A stretch of DNA of 64,000 bases from Adineta vaga (GCA_021613535.1 CP075493.1:11470001-11534000), one strand, 5' to 3'; counted from the first letter of the stretch, positions 1-13,581 are shown. Notes: a model not told the origin generated them from the sequence alone. Numbers and translations are program-made.

Positions 1-322
1 TCATCTTCGACTTCATGACCTGTGCCAAGGATTAAAGCAGTAATCAATGACATTTGCGAAACCTAGTGATCTAAAATCAAAGAGACTATAATATTGCATG
101 ATCATTTTCATCGTTTTGTCAAAATTGCGAAAAAACTATAAAAACGTGAAAAAAACCCTTTTTCACGCACATTTACTTCACTTTCATAATATCAGTTTTC
201 AACAACATACATGTATATAACGTTGTAATTGCAAACGTGTGGTTCGTATCGGACGATATTTACCTTTAGTACTAAACAAATATAACGTGCAGCACATTCT
301 TCTTACTAGTTAAATAAATTAT

Positions 323-668
323 CTACACGAAAATGTAATAACATTTACAGACTACAGAAAATTCATAGATATTATTTATTATATTTTTGAAAAAATTGAA
401 ATCGTTGACCATAATAAAACTTGATTGACTATTGATTCCAGTAGAAAAGGTTGTTGGTGAATGGAAACTTCCATTCTTTCTTCCTAGAAGTACACTGATA
501 CTATTCAAATCCCCGTTAGAAATGACAAGATCAATATATCCGTTATAATTGAAATTCCCTATAGCGAGAGCATTTGGAGAACTGTAATGTTCGGTCGAAA
601 AAGTCATTTGATCTGTTCGAGTATTATCCTCCTGATCTAAGAATATCCCTACAAGATCAGACGAATAC
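323..668 (-). pseudogene. FG-GAP/VCBS-repeat protein fragment
   Basis: PNALAIGNFNYNGYIDLVISNGDLNSISVLLGRKNGSF is one full FG-GAP-like repeat with partial neighbours; the frame then runs into non-coding-looking sequence and no complete gene is visible. Confidence 0.55.
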
Positions 669-1059
669 AGTCTATGCCATAAAAAGAATGAAGAAAACAG
701 AGCTTTTGCTCTCTATCATATAAGAGAGGACATTCAGCCGTCAAATATGAAAAATAAAAAATTTCGTTCGACTTTTTTCTGTCTTCTCTAGAGTGCGTAA
801 GATATTCGTATATTTTTGAAAGAATACATATAAAATTTGCTCAAACCTCGCTTAGTCTTATTTTAGACATCGATTATAAATATATACATTTATTCATGAA
901 GTTTTTTTAAATGAGACGTTTGTTAGAATATATCATAAACATTTTTATAGCGAGATGTCTAATTGTACTTAATTACTAACATCACTAAATGAACACAACA
1001 GCAAAATTTTCAAACAAACGAATAGTAACGAGACACTATCGTGAGCATTCCAATTATTT

Positions 1060-1974
1060 TTACGCTACTCTTGCCACGACTACATTTGTTGGTCGTTTTA
1101 TTTTTTTCATCAGGCACGTTTTAAGTGGTTCAGTAAATTGAAATAAACAGATCATAACGAATACATAGGATAAAGTAACACATATAAGAGCAATCCGAAA
1201 ATGATATTTCGGTGGATTGATAAACAGTGACATAATAACAAAGACTTCATAAGGAAAACAAACGAATACTAAAATCATTACTAGTATAACTATACGTCGG
1301 ATCATTTGTAATTCTCTTCGTGCACGAGATAAAGCATTTACAGAGATAACATGTTTACTCATATGTTGAACATATCGTATTAATTTCATATAAATAAGCA
1401 TAATCAATAGGATTGGAATTGTGTAAATACAAAGTGCCATATAAAGCATTGAAAATGAACGGCGAAGAGGTAGTTGACATATTTGATTGTCAATATTATA
1501 CATAATTTCATTAGTAAACAAAAATACAAAAGGATAGATAATACTGAATAGCCATGCAGAAGCAATAAGTAAAACTTGAAATTTTACTGAATGCCAGAAT
1601 GTACGAGTTGGATATACCACCGTAACATACCTGAATATTGCTTGTATTAAAAATGAATAATTTAATGCAGCACATGTCACATAACCAACATAAGCACGAA
1701 CTACGCAAAGTGAATCTTGATATTCTGTTTGTTTTATATCATTGTGAAACGTGAAAAACCATAAACTAAAGCAACCACATCCGAATACAAGTGCAGCTAA
1801 ACATGAATTTGTCGTTAAGATCATTGAAACCGTATGACATGCTTTATCAATCAAAATGATGCATAGGAATAAGATAGAAAGTAAAATTCCAATAAGAGAG
1901 CAAATAATCATAAAAATATCGGAGGGAATAAACCATGATTCAATCATTATGATGAACGAACGAGAAGAAGACAC
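1060..1974 (-). CDS. Rhodopsin-like (class A) 7TM GPCR, intronless
   Basis: Seven hydrophobic segments, TM3-end AIFRYVTVVYP (DRY variant), extracellular Cys (DSLC, NQIC), TM6 FVCFPY; the real start is probably the ATG of MIESWF. Confidence 0.85.
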   Translation of the reverse strand: MSSSRSFIIMIESWFIPSDIFMIICSLIGILLSILFLCIILIDKACHTVSMILTTNSCLAALVFGCGCFSLWFFTFHNDIKQTEYQDSLCVVRAYVGYVTCAALNYSFLIQAIFRYVTVVYPTRTFWHSVKFQVLLIASAWLFSIIYPFVFLFTNEIMYNIDNQICQLPLRRSFSMLYMALCIYTIPILLIMLIYMKLIRYVQHMSKHVISVNALSRARRELQMIRRIVILVMILVFVCFPYEVFVIMSLFINPPKYHFRIALICVTLSYVFVMICLFQFTEPLKTCLMKKIKRPTNVVVARVA

Positions 1975-4110
1975 TACTGTTATTAAAAAGAAAAGAGAAA
2001 AAGAAGAAGTGAGAGTATGTCAGTTATTTTATTCATTGAATAAGTCATGCGTACTCGCCTGCTATGAATGGAAATGGTTTGAAAGATTATTATCAAGATA
2101 ATGCTACAGTAACAAAATAAATAAGTTTCTTCTTCGATTCTCTTATTTTTTCTTTCTAGAATTTTATCTACCATTCGTTAATATTATAGACATGAAAACT
2201 TAATTGAACAACATCGATATGTATTTTAATTCCTGATCAACGTATGCAAACTATACTACGAATGAAAACGAGAAGTACAAAGTTGATACACTCGTATATA
2301 ATAATATATCTTTGTTTCCCGCTAAATTATCATTAAGCTTTATACTATTCCATTTCTTTTCTTTCCTTTCACTTCGAGAATAATATCTCATCAACTAGAT
2401 GATTATAATCATACAATTATCTTGTTTAAATCTCGTTTGAAAAACAAACAATCTCTACAAGATGATAAAGCATTAAAAGTGTCTCGTCATTATTGACAAT
2501 CAAGCATTTTTCAAACTCGTTTTCTGATGTAGATGAATACGACCTGAGCAAGTGTATTGATTCGAACAGAAAATAATAACTTCTTTGAATATTTATGTAA
2601 ATCATTTCCTATTTCTCGCGTACGATAATCAGATATACAATGTGTTGTATCTTGCCCTTTTCAGAGTAAGCTTTCAAGAAGAAAAATGCAAAATCTTGCA
2701 CTTTCAATCTTCAAATACATTTGAGGGTGTATGTGTCTCTTATCGATTCACTCTTTGAATGTATAAAGATACCTATGTATTTTTGTTTAATTACTCGTGG
2801 TAGATCATCAATCAATTGAAAATGACACTAAATATTATACAAGCGCTTCTAAAAACATATCTTTACGTTTATGTTTTGTTCTTGCAAAAGTGGACGCAAC
2901 CATAATCTTTTCAATGAAAATTAATGGAAAGACTCAATTGGTCCATCTATATATGCTCCTCGAAATTCTAGCTAATTTACGTATTTGTATGGAAATAATT
3001 TAATCAATATTCGTTAATCTTCGAGTATATTGTTTTTCTGTCGTTCGTTTAGTTTTGTAATAAGAATATAAAATTCACCACACTTTATTCACTGCATATT
3101 TAGTACAAATCGCTAAAGAACAATATGGCCAAAACAGTATGATTAGTTTCATTTTAAAAAAAGAGAAAAGGTGACTGGATTTTTCATATAAAATCAGATC
3201 GACTGTCAATTTTAGTTATCGGTTAAGGAATTGTATAAGGAATATCAATCTTGGATTTTCATCGAAAGCTGTTACAACTATTTCCTTTAAAAAATCATTG
3301 GTTCTTTTCTTTCTATGTACTATAGAAAGTTATGTGAAATGCAGTAAAAAATAAATAGAAAATAGGAAGTAGATTTAGTTTTAAAGACGGCGACTACGTT
3401 TTTTTTACACAAAACAGTAATACCAAAATGTCTTGAAAGCGAACAAAAAAGAACCCTGCCAAACTTCACGAGAAATATGTATTTAATTGTAAATGTTTTA
3501 TTTAAATTGTACAACGAAACTATAATATGTAAAATAATATGACAGTTTTCGGACGAAAAGCAACAATTATTAACAGCATGTTACACATATGATTATGCAA
3601 AAAAAGTATAATTTAAAAAACGGCTCCTATTGTTATATGTACCTTGTCTGGTGTATGTCTTCTTTCCTTTCTATTAAATCATGTTCTGTAAATAATAGGT
3701 AACTACGAAACAGACCATACATTATTAACGAAAAAAAGAATCTATACAAAATGAAAGAGTAAACTATTACTTTGAAAGTCATTCATCTGCATTCAAAACA
3801 TCTATGCGAGCAACTGTAGCTTACATCGTCAGAAGCGACGCGAGAAAATAAAAAAACAAGTATATTGACAAACAAGTAAGAATAGATTAGAAGAAATAAT
3901 GTCCGATTCCGAAACGTTGAACATTACGAGTTCTTTCAACTTCCAGAGAGTATCAATTCAATCTCTATTCGTTCTACGCCTGAATAGGATTGATACTCTT
4001 TCAGAAATTCCATCTACGACTTGAGAAAGATATCGATATATAATCATCTATAGAAACGTCTACAAATTCTGTAGCTTTCACTATAGTTTCAATGTCGAAA
4101 GAAGTGCAGC

Positions 4111-7053
4111 ATGAACAACATATCTGCATTACTACTGCAAACCATGAACTGTCTGTCGGTATCACACCATCTTTGTTCATTCTCTCTCTTGTTTTCAGAT
4201 CTCCTTTTCTCATCATTATCTACACTAATACAAAAAACACTGATGCACTCTGTTTGGACCCTTCGATGGCTATATATATATCTTGTATTCATATACAACG
4301 ATCCACTGCATGTCACTGCAACTTGGCCTTCAATCACTTCCTCAAAAGTACAACTATTGAGCATCTACTATGACGATTTAAACGGCACAGAACTTACTTC
4401 AACATCTCTGCAATGTCGTGCAATGCTTCAATCAGCGATGTTACTAGCACAACAATACAATATAACTGTTGAAGGACAATCCATCGGTTATCAAATCATT
4501 GAAAGTGATGGCAATGTCATGAACACTCTCAGCAGTACATGTCGACTTATAACCAATTCGAGCATTGTCGGCATAGTGGGTCCAACATTCTCGAGAGAAT
4601 CTCATGTTATTGCACCATTTGCTGCCAAGCTTGGTATTCCTGTCATCTCACATGCTTCCACTGATCCTTATCTATCTGATCGACAAACGTATTCCACTTT
4701 CTATCGTACAGTACCACCCGACAATGCAGCAGCACTAGCAATCGCCAGACTTTTCAATAAATTCAATTGGACATCATGTATCATCATCTATCAAAATGAT
4801 GCGTTTGGATTGGGTGGAGCAAACGCAATCGAAGAAACATTCAACAAGAATAATCTCACAGTGACAAAAATGGTAGTATTCGATACTGCAACGGCTACTA
4901 TTCGCGGTGACTTAAGAACTTTGTTGACCAATAGTCCAACACGAATCGTCATCTTATGGGCTGATGCAAGTCATTCATCTGTAATCATACAAACTGCATT
5001 GAATGCTGATGTCATTGGCTCCCAGTTCACATGGATCTTGAGCACAAACATTCCCTTGAATTCGTTTCCTCTGCAGTGGCATGACAAACTAACTGGCATG
5101 CTTACCGTAGAACCAGTCGTTGGAAATGTGGGCCATGCACCTATTAACACATCATTGTTAGAAGCAGCATTTAACACTTGGAAAAAGTATGAACCTGAAT
5201 CATTTCCTGGAGCAAACAATATCGATTATTACGCTCTCTTTCTCTTTGATGCAGTATGGACATTGATTCAAGCACTACAACGCCTTTGTTCAACAAACAC
5301 ATCATGTTTGTCCTTGATCGACAGTTCCTATTGTTTCGATCGACATCTGGTGAATTCCACTTCATTCTTTGATATCATCAATACAAACACATTTCTTGGT
5401 GTGTCTGGTCCAATTGGTTTCAGTATGAATACAACTGATCGAATCAATGGCACCTACTATGTCGTCAAAAATGTGCAAAAGTTTTCCGATGGTTTGAGAT
5501 ATATTCCAGTTCTGGTATCATCAGATACAGGTGACTGGAAACTACATGAACAAACAAGTACAATCATATGGCCTGGTAAATCTGTCAATGTACCCACTGG
5601 TTATGCAGCAATTACTGGTTTACCTGTACGAATTGCTGTGATCAATGCAGTTCCATTCACAAAAGCAACCGAGATAAGAGACACCTATGGAAATATAACA
5701 CGAAAACTTACAGGTTACGTTCCTGATCTCATCGAATATCTACGACAAAGAATGGGATTCGTTCCAAATATTACTTTTCTGCCATCAAATCAAAGTTACA
5801 ATGCACTGATTGATGCAGTCGCAAACAATATTTATGATATGGTGGTGGGTGATGTGACAGTGTATGCGGATCGACGAGAAAAAATTGCATTTTCAGCTGC
5901 CATATTTGATAACTCATTGCGAATCATTATGCGAAACACACCTATAGAAACGATTGATTGGTGGTCTTTTTTAAAACCATTTCCATGGCGATTGTGGTTG
6001 ATTTTTGTGGGTGTCCTTTTATGGTCTACTTTATTAGTGTTTTTGTTTGAAGTTAAACGAATTCGAACGTCGAAACGCAAACCATTAATTTCTTATTTGG
6101 AGCTCGTTTTCGTGTATGTTTTGGGAACACTGACGACTCACGGTTGGGATCTTCGTGTTAAAACATTACCCAGTCGATTGTTAATGATTGCTATATTTAT
6201 TGTTAGTTTTGTATTAGTTGCACAATATCAAGCTAATCTAACATCTGATCTGACAATCTCGAAAACACATAACCTCATATCTGGTATTGATGATCTCAAA
6301 GCTGGAAAGCTATCGTTTGGACGTATTGGTATTCGTGCGAATACAGCAATCGAAGCGTTCTATCTACGAGAGATCTCGAGTGGTAGTCGAAATTTTTATC
6401 CATTGTTAACAAAAGAAGAAGCGTTCCAGAAGCTGTTGGATAATGTAATCGATGCTGCTCTCATGGACACTGGTGTCGCCGAGTACTATGTTGGTAGTGT
6501 GTATTGTAATTTAACGTTGGTAGGTGCACCAACTGATTACAGTCAATTCGGTATTGTCACTCAGAAAAACTGGTTGTATCAGCAAATGTTAGATGTGACA
6601 ATATTATCATTACGAGAATCAGGTGTTCTGGATAGTTTGAAGAGCAAATGGTTTCAAACAAGTTATTGCTCTCACTCATCTGATAGCGGTACTGGTGATT
6701 TACCGATTGAGTCGTTGATTGGTTTATTTATAATATTCGGCAGTATCAGTGTTTTCGCACTACTATTATTCGTTTGCCGAAATATATGTTGGCTAAAGTC
6801 TTGTCCGTTTGCACTGACTAGAAAATGTTTTTTGTTGTATCATCGTGTGTTGGGAACTCGTAATCGCCGTGCAATTACTCGAATCCCTGCTTTTTATTCC
6901 GTGATAAGCACTTCTTCTGTTCATTCGGTATGTGAAACTGTGCCTAATCCATCACTCGTTCGAACTGTTTCTGCTCGTTCAAATGCTTCCCATTATTTAA
7001 TTTCTCGTTCTTCGTCCGTCAATTCAATTCCCAATAGTTTTACGATAGTTTAA
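4111..7053 (+). CDS. Ionotropic glutamate receptor (AvGluR1/plant GLR-like), intronless, copy 1
   Basis: ANF-receptor/ATD (GIVGPTFSRES, YSTFYRTVPPD), S1 (GYVPDL, DMVVGDVTVYADR), M1-pore-M3 (QYQANLTSDLT), S2 (LRESGVLDSLKSKWF), M4; the start may be the later ATG of MHSVWTLRW. Confidence 0.92.
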   Translation: MNNISALLLQTMNCLSVSHHLCSFSLLFSDLLFSSLSTLIQKTLMHSVWTLRWLYIYLVFIYNDPLHVTATWPSITSSKVQLLSIYYDDLNGTELTSTSLQCRAMLQSAMLLAQQYNITVEGQSIGYQIIESDGNVMNTLSSTCRLITNSSIVGIVGPTFSRESHVIAPFAAKLGIPVISHASTDPYLSDRQTYSTFYRTVPPDNAAALAIARLFNKFNWTSCIIIYQNDAFGLGGANAIEETFNKNNLTVTKMVVFDTATATIRGDLRTLLTNSPTRIVILWADASHSSVIIQTALNADVIGSQFTWILSTNIPLNSFPLQWHDKLTGMLTVEPVVGNVGHAPINTSLLEAAFNTWKKYEPESFPGANNIDYYALFLFDAVWTLIQALQRLCSTNTSCLSLIDSSYCFDRHLVNSTSFFDIINTNTFLGVSGPIGFSMNTTDRINGTYYVVKNVQKFSDGLRYIPVLVSSDTGDWKLHEQTSTIIWPGKSVNVPTGYAAITGLPVRIAVINAVPFTKATEIRDTYGNITRKLTGYVPDLIEYLRQRMGFVPNITFLPSNQSYNALIDAVANNIYDMVVGDVTVYADRREKIAFSAAIFDNSLRIIMRNTPIETIDWWSFLKPFPWRLWLIFVGVLLWSTLLVFLFEVKRIRTSKRKPLISYLELVFVYVLGTLTTHGWDLRVKTLPSRLLMIAIFIVSFVLVAQYQANLTSDLTISKTHNLISGIDDLKAGKLSFGRIGIRANTAIEAFYLREISSGSRNFYPLLTKEEAFQKLLDNVIDAALMDTGVAEYYVGSVYCNLTLVGAPTDYSQFGIVTQKNWLYQQMLDVTILSLRESGVLDSLKSKWFQTSYCSHSSDSGTGDLPIESLIGLFIIFGSISVFALLLFVCRNICWLKSCPFALTRKCFLLYHRVLGTRNRRAITRIPAFYSVISTSSVHSVCETVPNPSLVRTVSARSNASHYLISRSSSVNSIPNSFTIV

Positions 7054-7976
7054 AGGATTTGTTTGTATCTAAAAACAATATTTTTCTATATTTTACGCTT
7101 TGAACTTGGTTTATTCGTGATATTTTGATTAGAGAAGAGAAATAAAATATAATAAAATAGAAGCTTGCATTAATTATTTCAACAAGAATATGATTTCTAT
7201 GTTCACCATCGATTTTATACTGCGTGGAACACGGGAATGTAGATATCATGCAGATTTATAGTCGCATCCTTAATACTTTCTGGAAAATATTTAAAAACAC
7301 ACCGTATAAACAGAATCGTCAATTCAGTTTTGAAGATGATTATACCTTTATCAGGCTCTTGATAATGACATTTCATTGCTATTATTTCAGATATATGCAC
7401 GTTTGGATATTCTTATCCAAATTATTTTGACTTTTAATCAAATACATTTCTGCACTTATGTCATGTTCAGAAATGTGGTATATTCTTCAGGAATAGTGCC
7501 GACACATTTGCATCAACAACATCAATATCATTGTCCAAATGTCTTATGAAGCATAGCTTGCGAAAATCTTGTTTTTTAACTTATTCGAGAGTAATTTATA
7601 TGATGTTGCGTCCTAAATAAATAACAAAAAAATACAATTCATGAACTGTAAAAAATTGCTCGATTATTTCTATGTTTTCTACGAATGTTTCATTCTTTAA
7701 CGAACCTAAACATCATTTTATTTATGGAAAGATAGCTCGTTCGATTCCGAGAATGTGTAAACATCATGAAAAAGAAAAAAGTAATTATGTTGATCTACGG
7801 CATTGGTAATACTTTTCTTTCTTTATTTTCAAATAAGAAAAAGCCTGAGAAGTATTCATCGATACTTTATATTTTGTATTATCATACTTAATGATGCCAT
7901 GAAAGATTTGATAGCGTCTTTTTACGAACTCGAGTGCCGTTATGCTTGAAAAAAAACATTACAGAGTCGACATACG

Positions 7977-8428
7977 TTAGCCAGTCTAGTATAATTGAGC
8001 TATGCTATTGAAATTTCAGTGATTGATTTCAATTCAAATATTAATGTATCATCCAAGGATGATATTTATGATAGTTGCAACAATACAGCAACTACTGTTG
8101 ATCTTGATCAATCAGTAAACAATGTTCCATTAGTTAATCGATTCTACATCGGTAATTATACTATTTCTTACTGACATAAAAACGAAGATTAAAAGAAACA
8201 TATTCTAGGTCTTGCTATGGTTCATATTATATCAGGTTTTCTCTATTGGTGGGTATGGCATGATCGATCATGGCTTAACATTATTATGATACCGAAATAT
8301 TTAAATCATTTGGAAACTAGCTCATTTTTATGGTCAGCTATTTGCTATGCAAAAGAAAATACTTTTTGAGGTTATTCTACAGTAGCTATAATTGAATGGA
8401 TTGTTTCTTTCGGATGGTTAGTATCATC
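7977..8428 (+). pseudogene. Decayed multi-pass membrane protein gene, two exon remnants
   Basis: Exon ...VNRFYI, GT-AG intron about 8151-8208, then GLAMVHIISGFLYWWVWHDRSWLNIIMIPKYLNHLETSSFLWSAICYAKENTF*GYST; in-frame stops in both exons; family not identified. Confidence 0.5.
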
Positions 8429-8656
8429 AAATATTTAAATCGACATCGATACATAAACGAAATATGTTGTTTTTCATTTTGAAAACGGGATTACAATCCC
8501 ATAATCTAAAACAGTATATTCCATGCTATAAGATTATTGAACATTAATTCATATATGTCTGGTATATTTATATAGTATATAAGGAAAAAAAAACAAAAAG
8601 AAGCATCACGGTAAGATTGTTCGTTATATGACTCTCGGCTTATTATTTAAACACCT

Positions 8657-10361
8657 TTACCAACGTTTATGAAGTTTGACATAAACGGCATCTGGCTGTA
8701 TGACAACTGCTTCATGAAGTTGAAAACCTTGCTCCAAATGTTCACCAGGTATCACTATATAATTACGTAGTAAACGAGCTAGACTCATTTTAATTTCCAT
8801 TAAAGCAAATCGCATTCCAATACATATACGCGACCCTGCACCAAACGTCAAGAGTGCTAGGGGATGTCGTTTAGTTGCATGTCGTTCAGGTATGAATTGA
8901 TTGGGATCATCTGGACCCCATAAATCAGAATTGTAATGAATAGTAAATATGTCCGGTTGAATGACGCTTCCTTATAATTTATAAAAATTATGTTTTTTAT
9001 CGACAATCTTGGATAATAGTTTACCTTTGTCAATGTGATGACCGCATACAGTTGTAGATTCATTACATACTCTTGTGACTACAGTCGTAGAAGCAGGATA
9101 CATACGAAGAACTTCTCGTAAAAAGAAATCCATGTATTCCATTTTCATTACTGTATCATAATCAAATTCTTCCTTATGTTGTTCATCAATCTCTGTTTGG
9201 AGTTTCTTTTGAATTTCAGGTTTAGTAGCTAGTACATACGTAGAATAAGCCAACATTGTTGAGGTAGTATCAAAACCAGCAACCATAAAAAGAAAAATAT
9301 TGGCCTTGATTTCATCATTATTTAATCCTGTCTCATGTATATTTTCCTATAATAAAGAGAACTGCGTTTTTTTCCTGCTATATTTAATTGATAAAGTTAC
9401 CTCATTATGTGTTTTTCTATTTGTATCGAGCATTAGTTGAAGTACATCAATTCGTTTTGTCGTCGCGGATGATATTGTTCGAGCATCGATTACTTGTTGG
9501 ACTCGTCCCAAAAGCCAAAACCGAGGTATTTTATCAAGTAGATCGGGAAATATGCTTGGTGCCAATTTATGAAGATAATGAAATAAAGCTGTTTGACAAA
9601 GAACAATATGCCCGAGATAGGGTGTTAACCATGGCATTAGATAGCTTAGTTTGCTCAACAACATACGTTCAACATCTTGTTTGAAGACAAAAGCTGCTTT
9701 AGTCATAATCTCATTGTCAAGATCATTTTGCATGTCTGTGTCAATTCCGAATGCACAATGACCTAAATAAACTAGATACAATTTAAACAAAGACGCAATT
9801 TCAAATATACTAACAGATAACATCCATAGTTAATCTTTGATACAGTTTATAAATATCGAATTCATGATTTTGTTTCTCTATTTCAGATAATTTTTCCAGA
9901 AACGAGTCAATACATTGATCAACAAGTGGTGCCATAAGTTTTAATTTTGCCGATGAAAATGCTGGATTTATAGCATGTCGTTGTCGATGCCATCGTGTTG
10001 GATTAGCACCAATTAAGTGAACTGTTTTTGATAGTTGGTAGAGAAATGAAGTACGATGTGAGTTAAACGAAGAAAATTGTTGAACAAATACTTGTTGAAG
10101 AAAATCAATATCGGAAACAACATAGAATGGACGAGTACCTTCAAAAAGACCATAAATCGAACCGAATTGTTGTGTCCATGATTGTAATTGACGTGAATAC
10201 GATTTTGTAGACCATATAGTACCAAAATGACCGAGAAAGAATGTAGGCGATGGACCTGGAATATCTCGAAGCCGAAAATAGGAATAACGAGATTTTAGAA
10301 TTAATAAATAACCAGCAATCAAACAAACAACGCATAGAAAAAGAATAATTGTGAGATACAT
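8657..10361 (-). CDS. Cytochrome P450 (CYP3-clan-like), 4 exons
   Basis: Exons 10361-9815, 9762-9401, 9346-9025, 8970-8657 splice in frame; N-terminal TM, PGP hinge, WHRQR, AGFDTT I-helix, EVLR (ExxR), FIPER, FGAGSRICIG haem motif. Confidence 0.93.
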
Positions 10362-11194
10362 AATCTTATATGCACATAAGGACAAAATAATGAATAAATG
10401 ATTTATAATCGTTTTTGTTCTTTAATCTATTCTTTTCAGTGCATTTTTTGCTTTCTATGCACATATACTTTCTTAAGTAGATATTACTCATACGCCTATA
10501 CTTATTTTGTATTTTATTGGATATGCTTCACTACACTCGATAGAAATAAATAAATTGATATAGATAGGATGAGTAAGGGGATTGAGAGATGTACAAATAT
10601 GTTTTACGATAAAGTTGTCTTACTAAAATTAATCGTCTCAACTTCTGATGAATATTAGTATAGTATAGAATTTATCAGAGAATATGTAAATATGTTCACT
10701 CTCACAATATCATTGCCTTCAATTTCGATTCAGTTTAGTTCACAAATCACAAAAATATGAAAAGTGTCAATACCAAACAACTTTTTATAAAATAATAAGC
10801 AAAATCCTCAAGTGCATATGAGTTCGAGAAAAAGATAGTTGTCGTAGAGCGTTTTACATGTATATAATCGCTGTTCATATCATATCGTATTAACGAATTA
10901 ATATCACGAGACATGTGGTCATTTTTGAAAGCTTTATCTGATCAATTGATAAAGCGTGACCTCTGTCGATCCATCCTATTAATGATGGTCTATAACATTA
11001 TCAGTTTTCTTTATTTTGTTTTCATACTAGTTTTGTATAAAATACGCACTACTTCTATTTTGATTACAATGCCTAACACGAAGAAAGACATTTCCATTGT
11101 TAACTGTGCGTATATGCATATACTCATAGTATTCCACAAGCTAGTTTCTGTTTCAGATATTGATTTATTACAATTACCTGTAATAATAAAATAA

Positions 11195-11881
11195 GTCATA
11201 ACACATCATATTCATCAACATCAACATCATTTAGCATGGGATAATTCGATTCCTCCTGTAGCTACGATTAATTCTGGTGAAATAGTTACATTTGATAGTT
11301 TCGATACATCGAATGGTTAAGTAAAAGCCGATTCAACAGTGGATGCTATTCATGCGTTTCATATGTCTAAATTAGATCAAGTAAATGGTCCAATATTTGT
11401 TCGCGATGCACAACCAGGTGATGTACTCGAAGTAGAAATTATTGATATTAAAATAGCTAAATGGGGTTGGACCGGAATTATTCCTGGTTTTAGATTGCTT
11501 CACGATGAAGTATGTGGTACAGCAATTGAAACTCCTGTGGTTGTATCGGTACGTTTAACTGTAATACGTGATGAATCTGTTAAGCATGTTATAAGTCCAT
11601 GTTTATTGACGCAAAAGGAAGATAGACCATAATCAACACGTTATTATTCAGTGTTGGACATTGCTAATGATATGCTCGAGGCAACAAAACAAGTAATTCG
11701 ACAAATGATTAATTATCTAGTACAAAATAAAGGATTAACTAAAGAAGAAGCATATATGTTATGTTTCATTGCAGTTGATATTCGTGCAACACAAGTTGTT
11801 GATATGCCAAATTATACAGTTGGCGCATTTTTACCATTAGATATATTCGTGAATGAAAGGAAAAGACTAGACATATGCTGA
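11195..11881 (+). pseudogene. Acetamidase/formamidase family pseudogene (fungal/bacterial-like)
   Basis: HHLAWDNSIPPVATINSGE, QVNGPIFVRDAQPGDVLEVEI, VCGTAIET, EEAYMLC..AVD..VVDMPN; in-frame TAA at 11318 and 11630, no ATG, internal deletion near 11505. Confidence 0.85.
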
Positions 11882-12569
11882 TGCTATTCTGATACTCTTT
11901 TAAAAGAAAGAAATAAAAACTATGAAAAGAAAACAATAAAATGGTGTAGAGTGGGAGGAAATTACAATAGATACGATCGTATCAAACTCAGCAATCATTA
12001 TTTCATAGGATGTTTCCATTTACAATGAAGATAATTTGTATACGTCATAACTAATCATGTAGGAAAGTTCAAGGCTAATTTGGGATCATGAATATTTGTA
12101 GTCATATTATTATATTGAAATAGAATTCAGAGTATCAAAAGAAAAAAATGGTCGATAGTTATGCACGAATAGGTTGATATAATACATATCTCTCTTACAA
12201 GATCTTTAATTCGAATTATGATCAGTATTGAAAACTGGTATATTTTTGTATCAAGTTACTTTATTCTAAAATTTCTATCAGAAAAGTCTTACATTTCACC
12301 TTTTACCTATAATAATTAATTTATTACGTTAGAAAATAAATTATGTATTTCTACAATATTTCAGAAAAACGTCGAATCAGGTGTCCATATTTGCTAGCAA
12401 ATGAATATTGCCATAATTTAATCTAAATTGATAAACTGTTGGGATACTTATCTGATATATGTGAAAGAGAATTTTGTTTTAGTTTGCAAGAATTAAACAG
12501 GAACATGATAAAAACGATACTATTTTATTCTGATAGAGATTGTCTATTGGAATTATTTATAACTATGAT

Positions 12570-13200
12570 CACTGATACGGAAAAGATATTTTCTTTTAAA
12601 AATTTAAAGAAACAAGGTGTAACTAGTGAACAGCTACTATGACATGTTACTGCATCTATCGATGTTGTAGAACAGTACAGAATGAATAATATTGATTCGA
12701 ATAGTTTTTATAATTGTTCATCGCCTTGGTTTGATTTGTTTTGTCAACGGAAATTCTCGTATGATGTGTCATTATCCTTCGATCAAATTATTCGACTCAC
12801 TCTTAGCAATCAGATTCATCAGGCTGTAAATGAATACTAAAGAAACTTGTTATCGATTTATAAATGGTTGCAATAATGAGTCATGGCCATTTTTGTGTTT
12901 AGATTAGCGTCAGATCTGTGATGAGTTAATTGATTGTGAGAATGGTGAAGATGAACGATGGTGTGATCAATTAGAAACGTCGGAGTGCGAGAAGAATGAA
13001 TATCGATGCTATTATGATGATGAATGTATATCATTAGTATTTAAGAAGGACGGTTCTACCAATATTAATTGCCTGGATGATAGTGACGAAATAGATTGGA
13101 GAAGTCTCCTTCCGAGAATGAACGACTTTTGTTCTAGAGAAGTATCAATTTATTATTTGTATGGTGTTACAATAAGAAAGATCAGTTACTACGTCGAATT
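12570..13200 (+). pseudogene. LDL-receptor class A repeat gene remnant (LDLRa/EGF-GPCR type)
   Basis: FYNCSSPWF..CQ and CLD*RQICDELIDCENGEDERWCDQLETSECEKNEYRC...NCLDDSDE; stops at 12640 and 12905. Confidence 0.75.
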
Positions 13201-13581
13201 ATGTTTACGTCGATGAATCATATTTAACATATCAACTGTAGAAAAGCATTCTATTGTCTACCCCGTGTACAATGAACATTCGGTGGAGGTAAGAAAAGTT
13301 TCAATTACGATACTCTATGTCCAGGTGACCATGTGGATGTGGATGTCAATATGGTGCAGTTACGGCTGTGTGTACGAACCAAATGTGCGAAAATTTCGAG
13401 ATAAATCTTGATAGTGGATGTACAGTCGAATCTGCTCTCTAGTGAAAGGCTCACTCACATCCTCCCTATTATTCTATGGCTATATAGGAAGAGTCTTGAG
13501 TTATATATTGAATACATCATCATTAAATCAAAAGAATAAAGGTTAGTTTTGTAATATTTATTTTTCCTAATAACAATGCTG

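Noticed and set aside
7200-7560. Possible gene remnant on the plus strand (ORF 7224-7430)
   Set aside because: No recognisable motif or exon structure
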